Assembly: GCA_963823665.1 (NCBI GenBank)
Contig: CAWGMQ010000004.1
Location: 2,880,001 to 2,944,000 of the forward strand
From: an uncultured Planctomycetota bacterium
GTDB taxonomy: Bacteria > Planctomycetota > Planctomycetia > Isosphaerales > Isosphaeraceae
Reading direction: 5' to 3'
DNA: 64,000 nucleotides
The notes under the pieces are model-generated. The model did no database searches and was not told the DNA's origin. It saw only the letters and a program-made list of their open reading frames with translations. The first letter of the stretch is position 1; each line of letters begins with the position of its first letter. Shown here in pieces: positions 1 to 11,554 of this stretch. A program made the translations under genes and the position numbers.

Positions 1-301
1 GTGGGCATGGTATAAACACGTGTCGAGAGGGAGGGTTTGCGCTTCGCTTGAAAGCCGCGGCCTTCCTCTTTGCGACGAAAGGGTTCTCTGGCGAACCCAC
101 GGACCGGCCTCATCGCCGGCCAAGGCGAGCAACTTGAATGGCCGCCCTTGATCGCAACGGTTCTCATTAACACATCAAATTTACATATCGTGCTTCATTG
201 TCCCGTTCATGCTGGTAACGCTTTTGCACGTCTTTGTCACGCGTCGCCGTTATGCGGGTCGCGGGGAGTGTTTCCATGCCGTTCCTCGAGAACGAGGAAG
301 A

Positions 302-324
302 CCCTTCGCGGAGCGAAGGGCGAC
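302..324. repeat. REP-like mini-hairpin, copy 1 (CCCTTCGC-GGA-GCGAAGGG-CGAC)
   Basis: Perfect 8-bp stem with a GGA triloop; near-identical copies at 675-697 and 2625-2647, variant at 53084-53107. Confidence 0.8.
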
Positions 325-395
325 CATTCGAAACGAGGGGATGGGGAGTTTTCCACGCGTGTTCACGGGTGGGCTTGGCGTCGCTCCTTGTTCGA

Positions 396-442
396 CGACG
401 CGGAGCGTCGCGGAGAGCGTTCCTACGCGGAGCGTCGGAACG
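396..442. repeat. Double GC-GGA-GC hairpin repeat element
   Basis: CGACGC-GGA-GCGTCG (396-410) followed by CGTTCCtACGC-GGA-GCGTcGGAACG (418-442). Confidence 0.7.
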
Positions 443-509
443 AGATAGCCTTGGCCTGGGCTGAGGAACGCCTTTGGGAGAGAGAGGAGAATTCTTTCGA
501 AAATGTGAT

Positions 510-544
510 CATTTACTCTCATTTACTCTCATTTACTATCATTT
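510..544. repeat. 10-bp tandem repeat (CATTTACTCT) x~3.5
   Basis: atttactctc atttactctc atttactatc attt read directly. Confidence 0.8.
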
Positions 545-674
545 TTGGGTTGCCGAGATCGTTCCAAGGCTGTGCGGGGGAACGAGAAACGGCAAGGAAG
601 CCGTAATCGGTCTGGTGTGGTAGGCCGAGTCGCTCTGTCCAACGTGAATGGCGATGCTGGGGAACGGGCAGAAT

Positions 675-697
675 CCCTTCGCGGAGCGAAGGGCGAC
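675..697. repeat. REP-like mini-hairpin, copy 2
   Basis: Identical to 302-324. Confidence 0.8.
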
Positions 698-833
698 ACT
701 GGCGGAGCGAGACTGGCGATACTGGCGCCTTGTGTTGGCCGACCCGGGTTCGTTGCCGGGGCACTTTGTCTGGCTCTTTGTGTTAGCGATGAAGATTCAA
801 GCAGAAGCCTTTCTCTATACTGGGAGTGATATC

Positions 834-1651
834 ATGATCATGCAGGCAGAAGGCGGACAAACTTCACGGAACCCGAATGGGAGCACAGGGCCCCGGTCGG
901 CTGAGGGTAAGGAACGCGTAAAATACAACGCTGTGCGCCATGGGCTCTCGGCGCGAAATGTTCTATTGCCGGGGGATGACCCGGTGGAATACCAGGCGAG
1001 GATTGACGATCTCAAGGCGGACCTCGGGACGCGAAGCCGGTTCGAGGAGGAGCTGGCGGAGCGGGCGGTGTGGAGGTTGTCGTTGAGGCGGTGCCGGATG
1101 AGGGGGTGGGTCAGAGCGCTCTTGTGGCGCCGGGATTCGAGGGTGAAGCGCGGGTCGCCGAGGCGGATGGGGGTGATCCCGTAATCGTTATTGGGAAAGG
1201 AGAAGGGGCGAATGTACAAAACGAAGTCCCCCCTGTAGCGAGTACGGCGGGCGGAGGGGAGGAGAGGACACGGGAGTCACCGTTGAGTTCGCCGCGGAGC
1301 GGCAGAGGGGACGTAGCGAGGGAGGGTGGAATCTCAGTCGCGGAGGGGGAACGCGCTGATCCCGTAATCGTTGCGGACAGAGGAGAAACGGCCAATTTCC
1401 AAAACGAACTCCCCCCGGGTGAATGGCGTGAGATCGCTGGGGAGGTGAGGGCTGGCGCTGGCCGCGGCAAACGGGTGGAGGTGGGAGAACCAGATGCGCG
1501 GGGCGAAGGGTACGGCGATGTAACAGACGGGGTCGAATACTCGGATCAGCCGTGGAGTGATCGGGTTGGCGGGTTACCCAATTGCGGGGGCAATTCGGGG
1601 CCAGGCCATCCGCCGCCGGCGATGGCTATTTCAGGGACGGGTGGGGGGTGA
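834..1651 (+). pseudogene. Truncated/frameshifted conserved hypothetical protein (STGPRSAEGK...NAVRHGL motif family with C-terminal QNExP repeats)
   Basis: ATG 834 with GGGAG RBS. N-terminal motif lies in frame 648..1184; reading switches at ~1068 to frame 1070..1651, which carries two DPVIV...ANxQNExP repeats. The middle of the protein appears to be missing. Confidence 0.5.
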
Positions 1652-1827
1652 ACGCTCGAATGAACTGCGCTCGTGGGACTGTCGCGGTCCAGGCGCCAAA
1701 GTTGGCACTTGTTCGATCGTTCCCGATCGTTCAGCGTCTCGGGTGCGAGCCGCTGCCACGCCACGGGTTTGCGTGTCCGGCACTTTCGGTCGCGGTGGCC
1801 GGAGGTGGGAAGGGAGAAGAGCTTAGC

Positions 1828-1856
1828 CACGGACGAAACACGGATCGAACACAGAT
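1828..1856. repeat. 11-bp tandem repeat CACGGA(C/T)(G/C)(A/G)AA x~2.6
   Basis: cacggacgaaa cacggatcgaa cacagat. Confidence 0.55.
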
Positions 1857-2446
1857 AATACAGCACTTTCCTTTGGCGCGGCTTCCCTGTGGAGATGATT
1901 TACTTCGGTGTGCGGGTGCGGGGAAAAACACACAAAACATTGCCACTTTCTGCCACAATTCGAGGCTGCGAGTGAACAGCAATGGCGCTGCACGTCGCTC
2001 CGCACGTCGAATCGGGCTCAAGGGATCGGGCCTTGGCGTTGCGTTGTCCGGCGATTGGAAGGAACTGTGGCAGTTCGCTCGCGAAAACTGCCACTTTTTT
2101 CGAGGATTTCCGATGTGTCATGATCCCGCGCTGGAACGGCTTCCGCGAGTTTCGGTGTTTGGTTCGTGCGGTCGGGGTGGCCGAGGGGCGAGGAGCTTGG
2201 CCAGGGATTAAACATGGATCCGATGCGGATGGCTGCCTCGCTGGCGCGTCGGGTTGGTGTCCGTGTGGCCACGCCGGTGCGAGACTGCTGGGCGGTGTTC
2301 TTTTACCCACCACCTCTTGATTGGCGTGCATCCCGGTGCGCGCTGGACACTTGGCGGATCGTCTACGACGTCGGCGGCTCAGAAGGCGTCGTCATTCGCA
2401 AGTGTTAATGTGCTCGAGAGTTGAGTCGAATTGCTCTTTGCTCTCA

Positions 2447-2576
2447 AAAACATCGTCATTCGTAACTCCTTTTGCTGCAAGGAGATGACGATGATGACGA
2501 TGTTTTGGGGGGTCCGCGAGAGCCAAGTGTGCGAAAGAGCTACGAAGACGAGCGCAGGTGGTCCAGGGCTGGGGAA
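2447..2576. repeat. Dispersed ~129-bp structured element, copy A
   Basis: Ungapped inverted match to 38418-38546 (110/129 identical by hand count); 13-bp inverted arms at 2447-2459 and 2494-2506. Confidence 0.85.
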
Positions 2577-2624
2577 GCCTGGGTCTGTAACTCTCTCTCG
2601 CCGCGCTCGGGGTCGTCAGGAAAT

Positions 2625-2647
2625 CCCTTGGCGGAGCGAAGGGCGAC
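2625..2647. repeat. REP-like mini-hairpin, copy 3
   Basis: CCCTTgGCGGAGCGAAGGGCGAC, one mismatch to copy 1. Confidence 0.75.
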
Positions 2648-2853
2648 AATGGACTTTCTCTTCGGGCGCGGGGTCGGCAGGCGAATCGTCAACATCGAGG
2701 TCAACCTCGATGCTCTGTTGCCGTGGGCGCGGGGTCGTTAAACTAAGCAAGCACCCTCCTTTGCCCGGTCCGGTACTCCGGGGGCGATCCGAGCGATGGC
2801 GCTTGCTGCGAGTCGGGTCTGCGAGGGGGACCGGCTTTTGGTGTTTCGCTGCG

Positions 2854-3432
2854 ATGGACGACATCTCGCAACTTATCTCGGCAATTGACGCGGGCGACCC
2901 GCGGGCAGCGGAGAAGCTATTGCCTCTGGTCTATGACGAGCTGCGCAAGTTATCCGCCCAGAAGCTCGCGCGCGAGGCCCCGGGGCAGTCACTCTACGCG
3001 ACCGATCTCGTTCACGAGGCGTATCTCAGGCTCGTCGGCAGTGGTAGCGAGCCGAAGTGGGATGGCCGCGGCCACTTTTTTGCCGCGGCGGCTGAGGCGA
3101 TGCGCCGGATACTCGTGGAGCGCGCTCGCCGCAAGAAGCGCGTCAAGCACGGTGGCGGGCAAAACCGGGTCGATTGGGAAGCGACTGCTTCGCTGGTGGA
3201 GGAGCAATCATCCGAGGATCTCGTGGCCCTCGATGAGGCCCTCAGCAGGCTGGCGGAGGAAGACCCGGACAAGGCCGAGCTCGTCAAGCTCCGCTTCTTC
3301 GCCGGTCTGACCTTGCGCGAAATTGCCAAGGTGATGAAAATCTCGCTAGCAACCGCGGAACGACATTGGACTTTCGCCCGCACGTGGCTCTACGCCGAGC
3401 TGGCGGACCCGGACGGGGCCGCGAGCGATTAG
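2854..3432 (+). CDS. ECF RNA polymerase sigma factor, TIGR02999 (planctomycete/verrucomicrobial) type
   Basis: MDDISQLISAIDAGDPRAAEKLLPLVYDELRKL, DLVHEAYLRL, HFFAAAAEAMRRILVERAR, and region-4 LVKLRFFAGLT...WTFARTWL; start trimmed from the ORF-track 2431. Confidence 0.93.
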   Translation: MDDISQLISAIDAGDPRAAEKLLPLVYDELRKLSAQKLAREAPGQSLYATDLVHEAYLRLVGSGSEPKWDGRGHFFAAAAEAMRRILVERARRKKRVKHGGGQNRVDWEATASLVEEQSSEDLVALDEALSRLAEEDPDKAELVKLRFFAGLTLREIAKVMKISLATAERHWTFARTWLYAELADPDGAASD

Positions 3433-3873
3433 AAAAAAACCTCGATCTGCGTGAGGGGTTCCGTCGGGCCACGTCGCATTGAGAGTGGGGCCATCGCGCA
3501 TCGGTCACCTCATTCTGCTATTTGAACGGCAACCCGGATCCGGTTTCTCGGACTTTGAAACGAGATTCTGGCAGAACTCGCATTTTTCTTGTCCCGAAGG
3601 CGCGGCAGCGCGCCAGTCATCAGGTATGGGCAACCTCATGAACGATCCACGGAGCAGAGCCGTCCTCCTGCTCGACTGTCCCCGAGCCCGGGGTCGCCGC
3701 GCACTCGACGACCGGTTGTACTGACGCCGCAACCCATTGCAGCACAGATACTTTCATCGATGTCGATCGCATTAATCATGAATAGACGAAGTCTACCCAC
3801 CGTACCGACGCCGGACCGTGAGCTTTCCAAGTTGGATGCCCGGGCGCTGGTCAACCAGAAGAGCGAGAGAACC

Positions 3874-6800
3874 ATGAGTCGCAACGGAGCGAGGGTTGAG
3901 CGCAGGAACGCGCGGCGACGATCAAGGTGCGGCAGCGGCAATTGCGGCGGATGCGGCCGACGCTCGTGGCTCTTGAGGACCGCAGGCTGCTGTCCACGTT
4001 TGTCGTGAACAACCCCACCGACACGCCGGTTGCTGGCGAGACCGACCTGCGCCAGGCGATCACTTCCGCAAATGCGACCACGGGGGCCAACACGATCACC
4101 TTTGACAGCACCTTCTTCGCCACCCCGCAGACGATCACACTGGACGGCACCCAGCTCGAGCTCTCCAACACGACCGGGACGCTGACGATCACGGGTCCGG
4201 CTGCGGGGGTGACGGTCAGCGGCAACAACGCGAGCCGGGTGTTCCAGGTCGACGCGAATGTCACGGCGTCGATTTCGGGACTGACGATATCCGGCGGCAA
4301 TACCACCGGCTTCGGTGCCGGCCTGTACATTGATGGGGGCACGATCACGCTGACCAACTGCACCGTCAGCGGCAACCACGGTAGCAACTGGGGCGGCGGC
4401 CTGTTCAACAACGGAACGGCCACGTTGACCAACTGCACCGTCGTCGGCAACTCCGGAGTATCCGGCGGCGGCCTCTACGATCAAGGCGGCATGACCAAGC
4501 TGACGAATTGTACCGTCAGCGACAACTCCGCCACCCTGAGAGGCGGCGGCGTATCCGACACCGGCGGCATCACCACGATTTTGAACTGCACCGTCAGCGG
4601 CAATTCCGCGGTCTCGGCCGGCGGCGGCCTGAACAACAACTTTGGGGCCACGACGACGATGGCCAACTGCACCGTCAGCAGCAACACCTCTGCCCACTAC
4701 GGCGGCGGCCTGTCCGACGTCGCGGGCACGATCAACCTGACCAACTGCACTGTCAGCGGCAACTCCGCCTCCACCAGCGGCGGCGGCGTGTACAACCTCT
4801 CCGTCATGTCGCTCTCGAACTGCACCGTCAGCGGCAACTCCGCCGCCGGCAACGGCGGCGGCCTTGACGACGCGAGAGGCACGGTGACCATCGGCAACAC
4901 CATCGCGGCCGGGAACACGGGCACCTCGAGCGGACCCGACGCATACGGAACCTTTACCTCCCAGGGCAACAACCTGATCGGCAAGACGGATGGCAGCTCC
5001 GGCTGGGCCGGCTCTGACCTGACCGGCACCATCGCCCTGCCACTAAACCCCCTGCTGGCACCCTTGGCCTATTACGGCGGGCCGACCGAGACGATGCCGC
5101 TCTTGCCCGGCAGTCCAGCCATCGGCGCGGGTAACATCGCCCTCATTCCCAGCGGCATCACGACCGATCAGCGCGGCTACGCCCGCATCGAGAGCAACAC
5201 CGTGGACATCGGCGCCTACGAGGTCCAGGCGATCCCGCTGGTGGTCAGCACCACCGCCGACGGCATCGGCTGCCCGCTCGGGACGCTCGACCTACGCGAG
5301 GCGATCGACCTGGCCAATATCCTGCCCGGCGCTAACACGATCACGTTCGACCCGACTGTCTTTGCGGGCGCGCAGACGATCACTTTGTTGATCGGTACGC
5401 AGCTCGAGCTGAGCAATACAAGCGGGACGCAGACGATCACTGGCCCGGCGGCGGGCGTGACGGTCAGCGGCGGCGGGCTGAGCCGCGTATTCCAGGTCGG
5501 GTCTGGAGTCACGGCTTCCATCTCGGGACTATCGATTACCGCCGGCGGCGGCGAGTGGGGCGGCGGCGGCCTTCTCGTCAGCTCCGGTGGCACGGCGACT
5601 CTGACCGATTGCACCGTCAGCGGCAACCACGCCAACTACGGCGGCGGCCTGCTGAGCTACGGTACGACGATGCTGAGCGACGTCACCGTGAGCGGCAACA
5701 CCGCCAATGGCGCGGCTGGCGTATGGGTCGACGGCGGCACGACCACGCTCACCGACTGCACCTTGAGCGGCAACTCCACCGCCGGCAACGGCGGCGGTCT
5801 GAACGCCGAGGCTGGCACAACCACGCTGACCGACTGCACGGTCAGCGGCAACTCCGGTCTTGGCGGCGGCCTGTACAGCAACAGCCCGGTCCCGACGACC
5901 ATCGCCAACACGATCGTTGCTGGGAACACGGCCAGCGGCAGCGGGCCCGACGCCTTCGGATCTTTCGCCTCCGGAGGCCACAACCTGATCGGCGAGACCG
6001 ACGGCAGCTCCGGCTGGGTCGGTTCGGACCTGACCGGCACCATCGCCAGTCCGCTTGATGCCCTGCTAGCACCCCTGGGCAATTACGGCGGCCCGACCCA
6101 GACGATGGCCCTGCTGCCCGGCAGCCCGGCAATCGGCAACGGCATTGTGACCGACTACCCGGGCACGAGCACACCGATCTCCACGGACGAGCGCGGGATA
6201 CCGCGTGGCTCGCTGGTCGACATCGGCGCGGTCCAGGCCAGCCTCGTGGTCGAGTCGACCACAGGGTCAGTCGACACCAGCACCGCCGGCCTGACGCTGC
6301 CCGGCGCCGTACTTCTGGCGAATCAGTTCCCTTACTCGGTCATCAGCTTCGACCCAGTTGTCTTCGCGGGCCCGAAGACGATCACTCTGACGGCGCAGCT
6401 CGAGTTCCTTGACACCGCGATTGCGGGCTCGATCACCGGGCCGGCCGCGGGCCTGACGATCAGCGGCGGCGGGATAACCCGCGTGTTTCAGGTCGATAGC
6501 GGCGTGGCCGCGACCTTGAGCGGCCTGACCATCTCGGGAGGCTCGACCACGGGATATGGCGGCGGCCTGTACAACGATGGGGGCACAGTCACGCTGACCG
6601 ACGTAACCTTGAGCAGCAACATCGCGGGCAAGGGCGGCGGCGTGTTCAACACCGGGCGCGGCACGATCGGGATTACAAGCTGCTCGATCACCGGCAACTC
6701 CGCCACGAACGGCGGCGGGTTGTACAACGATTATGGCACCGCCACGCTGACGGGCGTTACCGTCAGCAGCAACATCGCGGGCCAAGGGCGGCGGCCTGTT

Positions 6801-9800
6801 CAACACCGGGCGCGGCACGATCGGGATTACAACCTGCTCGATCACCGGCAACTCCGCCACGGCAGCGGCGGCGGCCTGTACAACTTGGGGGCACGGCCAC
6901 ATTCAACGGCGGTACCGTGAACGGTAACTCCGGGGCCTCCGGCGGCGGCCTGTTCAACACAGGGCGCGGCACGATCGGGGTGACCGGTTGCAGCGTCACC
7001 GGCAACTCCGCCACGGGCGGCGGCGGCGGCCTCTATAACGACGGGGGTATGGCCACGCTGACGGGCGTGACCGTGAGCGGCAACATCGCGGGCAAGGGCG
7101 GCGGCCTGTTCAACACCGGGCGCGGCACGATCGGGATCACGAGTTGCACCGTCGGCGACAACTCGGCGGCTGCCGGGGGCGGGCTCTACAATAGTGACGC
7201 CACGGCGAATCTGGATGCCACCACGATCGGCGGCAACTCCGCCGCCTCGGGCGGTGGAATCGATAACACGGCCGGTGGCGGCGCCACGCTGCGAAGACAC
7301 GATCGTCGCCACCAACACCGGGACAGGCGGCACGCCCAGTGACATTGGCGGTGCCAGCTCGGCCGGAGTCGTCGGCACGTATGATCTGGTGGGCACCGGC
7401 AGCGCCGGGGGGATCGCCGGCGGCACCGGTGACATTGTCCTCTCCACCCTGAACAGCTTGGGGCTGGACTCGCTGGGCAACTACGGCGGTTCGACCGAGA
7501 CGATGCCCTTGCTCCCCGGCAGCGCCGCGATCGATACCGGCACGACGATCCCCGGGGTCTCGACCGACCAGCGCGGCCTTCCCCCGTCGAGCCCAACCCC
7601 CGACATCGGCGCCTTCCAGAGTCAGGGATTCACCTACTCGGTGGTCGCCGGCAGCACTCCTCAGGCGGTGCCCACCGGCGCCGCGTACACCAATCCGCTG
7701 GCGGTCATCGTCACCCCGATCAATCCCGTCGAGCCGGTGGCGGGCGGCGTCGTGAGTTTCATCGTCGAATCCGGGCCCGGAACGGCGCGTCGGCCACGCT
7801 CTCCGCGGCGACCGCGATCATCGGATCGAACGGAATCGCCGAGGTGACCGCCACGGCCAATTCCATCGCCGGCCCTTACACGGTCACGGCAACGGCCGCG
7901 GGAGGCACGCCGACGATCGATTTCGATTTGAAGAACCTGATCGTGCTCACCTTCTCGGGAGTAACCAATCAGAGCATCACCTACGGCTCCTCGAGCGCGA
8001 CCTTCTCCGGCATTCTGGCCAACGGCACGCGAGCCCCTCAGGGAGAGAACCTCGCGGTGACGTTTGATGGTGTCACACAACAGGCCGTGATCGGCTCGAC
8101 AGGCGCCTTCTCCGCCACATTCGACACGGGTGGCCTCCACGTGGCGGGCTCGCCGTATACGGTCAGCTACGCGTATACGAGCGACGGGACCTTCGCCTCC
8201 GCGGGCACGACGAGCACGCTCGTGGTCACGAAGGCCACTCCCACGATCACCTGGGCCAACCCTGCCGATATCACCTACGGCACGGTGATCTCGGCCAAGC
8301 AGCTCGATGCGGCGGCGGCCTGGACGGTGGACGGAGTGAATGGGGCTGTCGCGGGGTCGTTCACGTACACATCGGCCGTGGGTACTCTCCTGGGCGCCGG
8401 CACGGGCCAGACGCTCTCGGTCACTTTCACACCCACGGACACGTCGGATTACAACACCGCGTCCGACTCGGTGACGATCAACGTCGACAAGGCCACGCCC
8501 ACGATCGCCTGGGCGAACCCCGCCGGCATCACCTATGGCACGGCGCTGTCGGCCACGCAGCTCGATGCGACATCGTCGTGGACCGTGGCCGGAGTGAATG
8601 GAGCTGTCGCGGGAATGTTTACCTACACGCCGGCCGCGGGCACCGTCTTGCGTGCCGGCACGGGCGAGACGCTCTCGGTCACGTTCACGCCGACGGACAC
8701 GACCGATTACAACATCGCGTCCCACTCGGTCACGATCAACGTCGCCAAGGCCACGCCCGACATCGCCTGGACCGCCCCCGCCGGGATCACCTATGGAACC
8801 GCGCTGTCGGCAGCCCAGCTCGATGCGACAACGTCGTGGACCGTGGCCGGAGCCGACGGAGCTGTCGCGGGAACGTTCAACTACACCCCGGCCGCGGGCA
8901 GTGTGCTCAAGACAGGCACGGGCCAGAACCTCTCGGTGAGCTTCACGCCGACGGACACGAACGATTACAACACGATCTCCGACTCAGTGACGATCAACGT
9001 CGCCAAGGCCACGCCTACGATTGCCTGGGCGAGCCCCGCCGGCATCACGTATGGCACGGCGCTTTCGGCCACGCAGCTCGATGCGACATCGTCCTGGACC
9101 GTGGGCGGAGTCCAGCGGAAGCGTCGCGGGAACGTTCACGTACACCCCGGCCGCGGGCACGGTCTTGGGCGCCGGCACGGGCCAGACGCTCTCGGTTACG
9201 TTCACGCCCACGGACACGACCGATTACGAGCCCATCTCCGACTCGGTCACGATCAATGTCGGCAAGGCGGCGCCCAGCATCAACTGGGCCAACCCCGCCG
9301 ACATCACGTATGGCACTGCGCTCTCGCCCACGCAGCTCGATGCGACATCGTCGTGGACGGTGGGCGGAGCAAGCGGAAGTGTCGAGGGAACGTTCACGTA
9401 CACACAGGCCGTGGGCACGGTCCTCGCCGCCGGCGGGGGACAGGTGCTCTCGGTAACGTTCATTCCGACGGACGCGACCGATTACTACGTGACCTCCGAC
9501 ACGGTTGCGATCAACGTCGAGGAGGCGGCGCCCGACCATTATCTGGTCCAACCCTTATGACATTACTTTCGGCACGGCGCTCTCGGCGACCCAGCTCGAC
9601 GCGACGTCTTCCTGGACGGTGGGCGGAGTGAGCGGAAGTGTCGCGGGAACGTTTTCGTACACACCGGCCGCGGGCACGGTGCTCACGCCCGGCACGGACC
9701 GAACCCTGTCGGTCACCTTCACGCCCGCCGATACGAGCGATTACACCACCGCCAGTGCCACGGCGACGATCAATGTCGACAAGGCCGAGCCCACGATCAC

Positions 9801-11484
9801 CTGGGCCGACCCCGATCCAATTACCCGGGGCACTGACGCTCTCGGCCACCCAGCTCGACGCAACGGCCTCGGTGCCCGGAACGTTCGTGTATAGCCCGGG
9901 ATTGGAAACGGACATTTACGCGGGAGGCAACTGGACGCTGTCGGTGACGTTCACGCCCACGAACTCGACCGATTACGCGACTGCCTCCGACTCGGTGACG
10001 ATGAACGTCGGCGAGGCCACGCCGATCATCGCGTGGCCGAGCCCTGCCGACATCACCTACGGCACGCCGCTTTCGGCCACGCAGCTCGATGCGACGTCGT
10101 CGTGGACCGAGGCCGGAGTGACGGGGAGTGTCGCGGGAACGTTCACCTACACACCGGCCCTGGGCACGGTGCTCACGGGTGGAACCGAACCAGACGCTCG
10201 CGGTCACGTTCACGCCCAGCGATACGACCGATTACAGCACCATCTCGGCAACAACGACGATCAACGTCGAGAAGGCCGCGCCGACGGTCATCTGGTATAA
10301 CCCGATCGACATCGCCGCCGGCACGGCGCTCTCGGCCACGCAGCTCAATGCCCGTGCGCTCATACCCGGCAGCTTTGTCTACTCGCCGCCGTTGGGAACG
10401 AAGCTCGATGCCGGCGCCGGACAGACGCTCACGGCTACCTTCACGCCGACCGATACGACGGATTACGCCTCGACCGTTGCCACGGTGACGATCAACGTCG
10501 GGCAGGGCACGACGAGTGTGGGCAAGCTCACGCCGACGCTCAAGGTCACCGATCCAGGTGGCCGATTTGACGGCGCGGCGTTCCCGGCCACCGTCACCGT
10601 CGCCGGCTCGGGGAACCTTCCTGCGGCCAGCCTGGAGGGTGTCACACCGACTCTGACGTACTACAACGAGCGCCGGGAGCAGCCTGGGCGCCGCGGCGCC
10701 GACGGCCGCGGGAAGTTACACCGTGGTGGCCGCCTTTGCCGGCAGCACGGATTACGCAGCAGTGCGGTCGGCGCCGGTGCCGTTTAGCATCACACAGCAG
10801 AGCGCGACGATCGCGCTGGCCTCGTCCGTTTCGTCGGCCGTCTTCGGAGAATCGGTGACGTTCGTCGCGACGGTGGCCGCCGTGTCTTCGGGTACGCCGG
10901 GCGGCACGGTCACCTTCTCGGACGGTGGCACCGCGCTGGGTACCGTGGCGCTGGGCGCCTCTGGAAAGGCGACGCTCACCACCACCGGCCTGGCCGTTGG
11001 ATCGAATTCGATCACGGCGACTTACAGCGGCGATACGAACTTCCTGGGGGTGCACACGCAGGCGCTGACCGAATCGGTCGCGCAGGCCGGCACCCAGGTG
11101 GTCCTGGTTCCTGAACCGGTCTTCAACAGCAAGAACAAGGTGGTGTCGATCGGTCTGAAGGCGGAGGTCGCCCCGGTCTCCCCCGGCAGCGGCGTACCGA
11201 CCGGGCATGGTGACATTCGAGACGGTGACGTCGACGCAGGAAGACGAAGAAGCTCGGGACGCTGGCCTTGAGCGGCGGCGAGGCGACGCTTTCGCTGCCT
11301 GCCAAGCTGGTGCTCAATAAGCCGATCAAGATCGTGTACAGCGGCGACACCGATTTCACAGTCGAGCACAGCATCTTTGCCTGAGCTGACGCAGTCGGGA
11401 CTCAAGAGCCTGGCGCGGCCGATGATCGCGTTGGTCAATCGCGGTCGTCTGCTTCGAGACGTGGCCAGGGCAAGCGCGGGCTAG
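3874..11484 (+). CDS. Giant (~2,500 aa) secreted/surface adhesin-like protein: beta-helix (Pmp-like) repeats, CSLREA-like and choice-of-anchor-Q segments, ~9 tandem Ig-like repeats, C-terminal Ig group-3 domain; split by many single-base indels
   Basis: Motifs: N-terminal RPTLVALEDRRLLS; repeated TVSGNSA..GGG; LAPLGNYGGPTQTMALLPGSPAI...DQRG...DIGA; 258-bp KATPTIxWxxPAxITYGTALSATQLDA units. Consecutive ORFs starting at 3927, 6917, 7194, 7844, 9021, 9505, 9638, 10128 and 10723 join into one protein ending at TAG 11482-11484. Confidence 0.85.
8231..10500 (+). repeat. Intragenic tandem Ig-like repeat array (unit 258 bp / 86 aa)
   Basis: Unit starts at 8231, 8489, 8747, 9005, 9264, 9522, 9781, 10013, 10272. 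Confidence 0.85.
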
Positions 11485-11554
11485 CCGGGGCAGTTGATCC
11501 TGGAGTCATGGAGAATGGCCGATCTGGCGGCCGATCTCACGGCGCAGTGCGCAT

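Noticed and set aside
1..200. Minus-strand gene start at position 8 with an AT-rich promoter at ~160-200
   Set aside because: Only 8 coding bases lie in the window, so it cannot be supported
2431..2853. N-terminal extension of the ECF sigma (333-aa ORF call)
   Set aside because: The extension translates the dispersed repeat and a REP hairpin; the family start is MDDISQ at 2854
8231..10500. Regularly spaced repeats as a CRISPR array
   Set aside because: Units are 258-bp in-frame coding repeats with no unique spacers, and there are no cas genes
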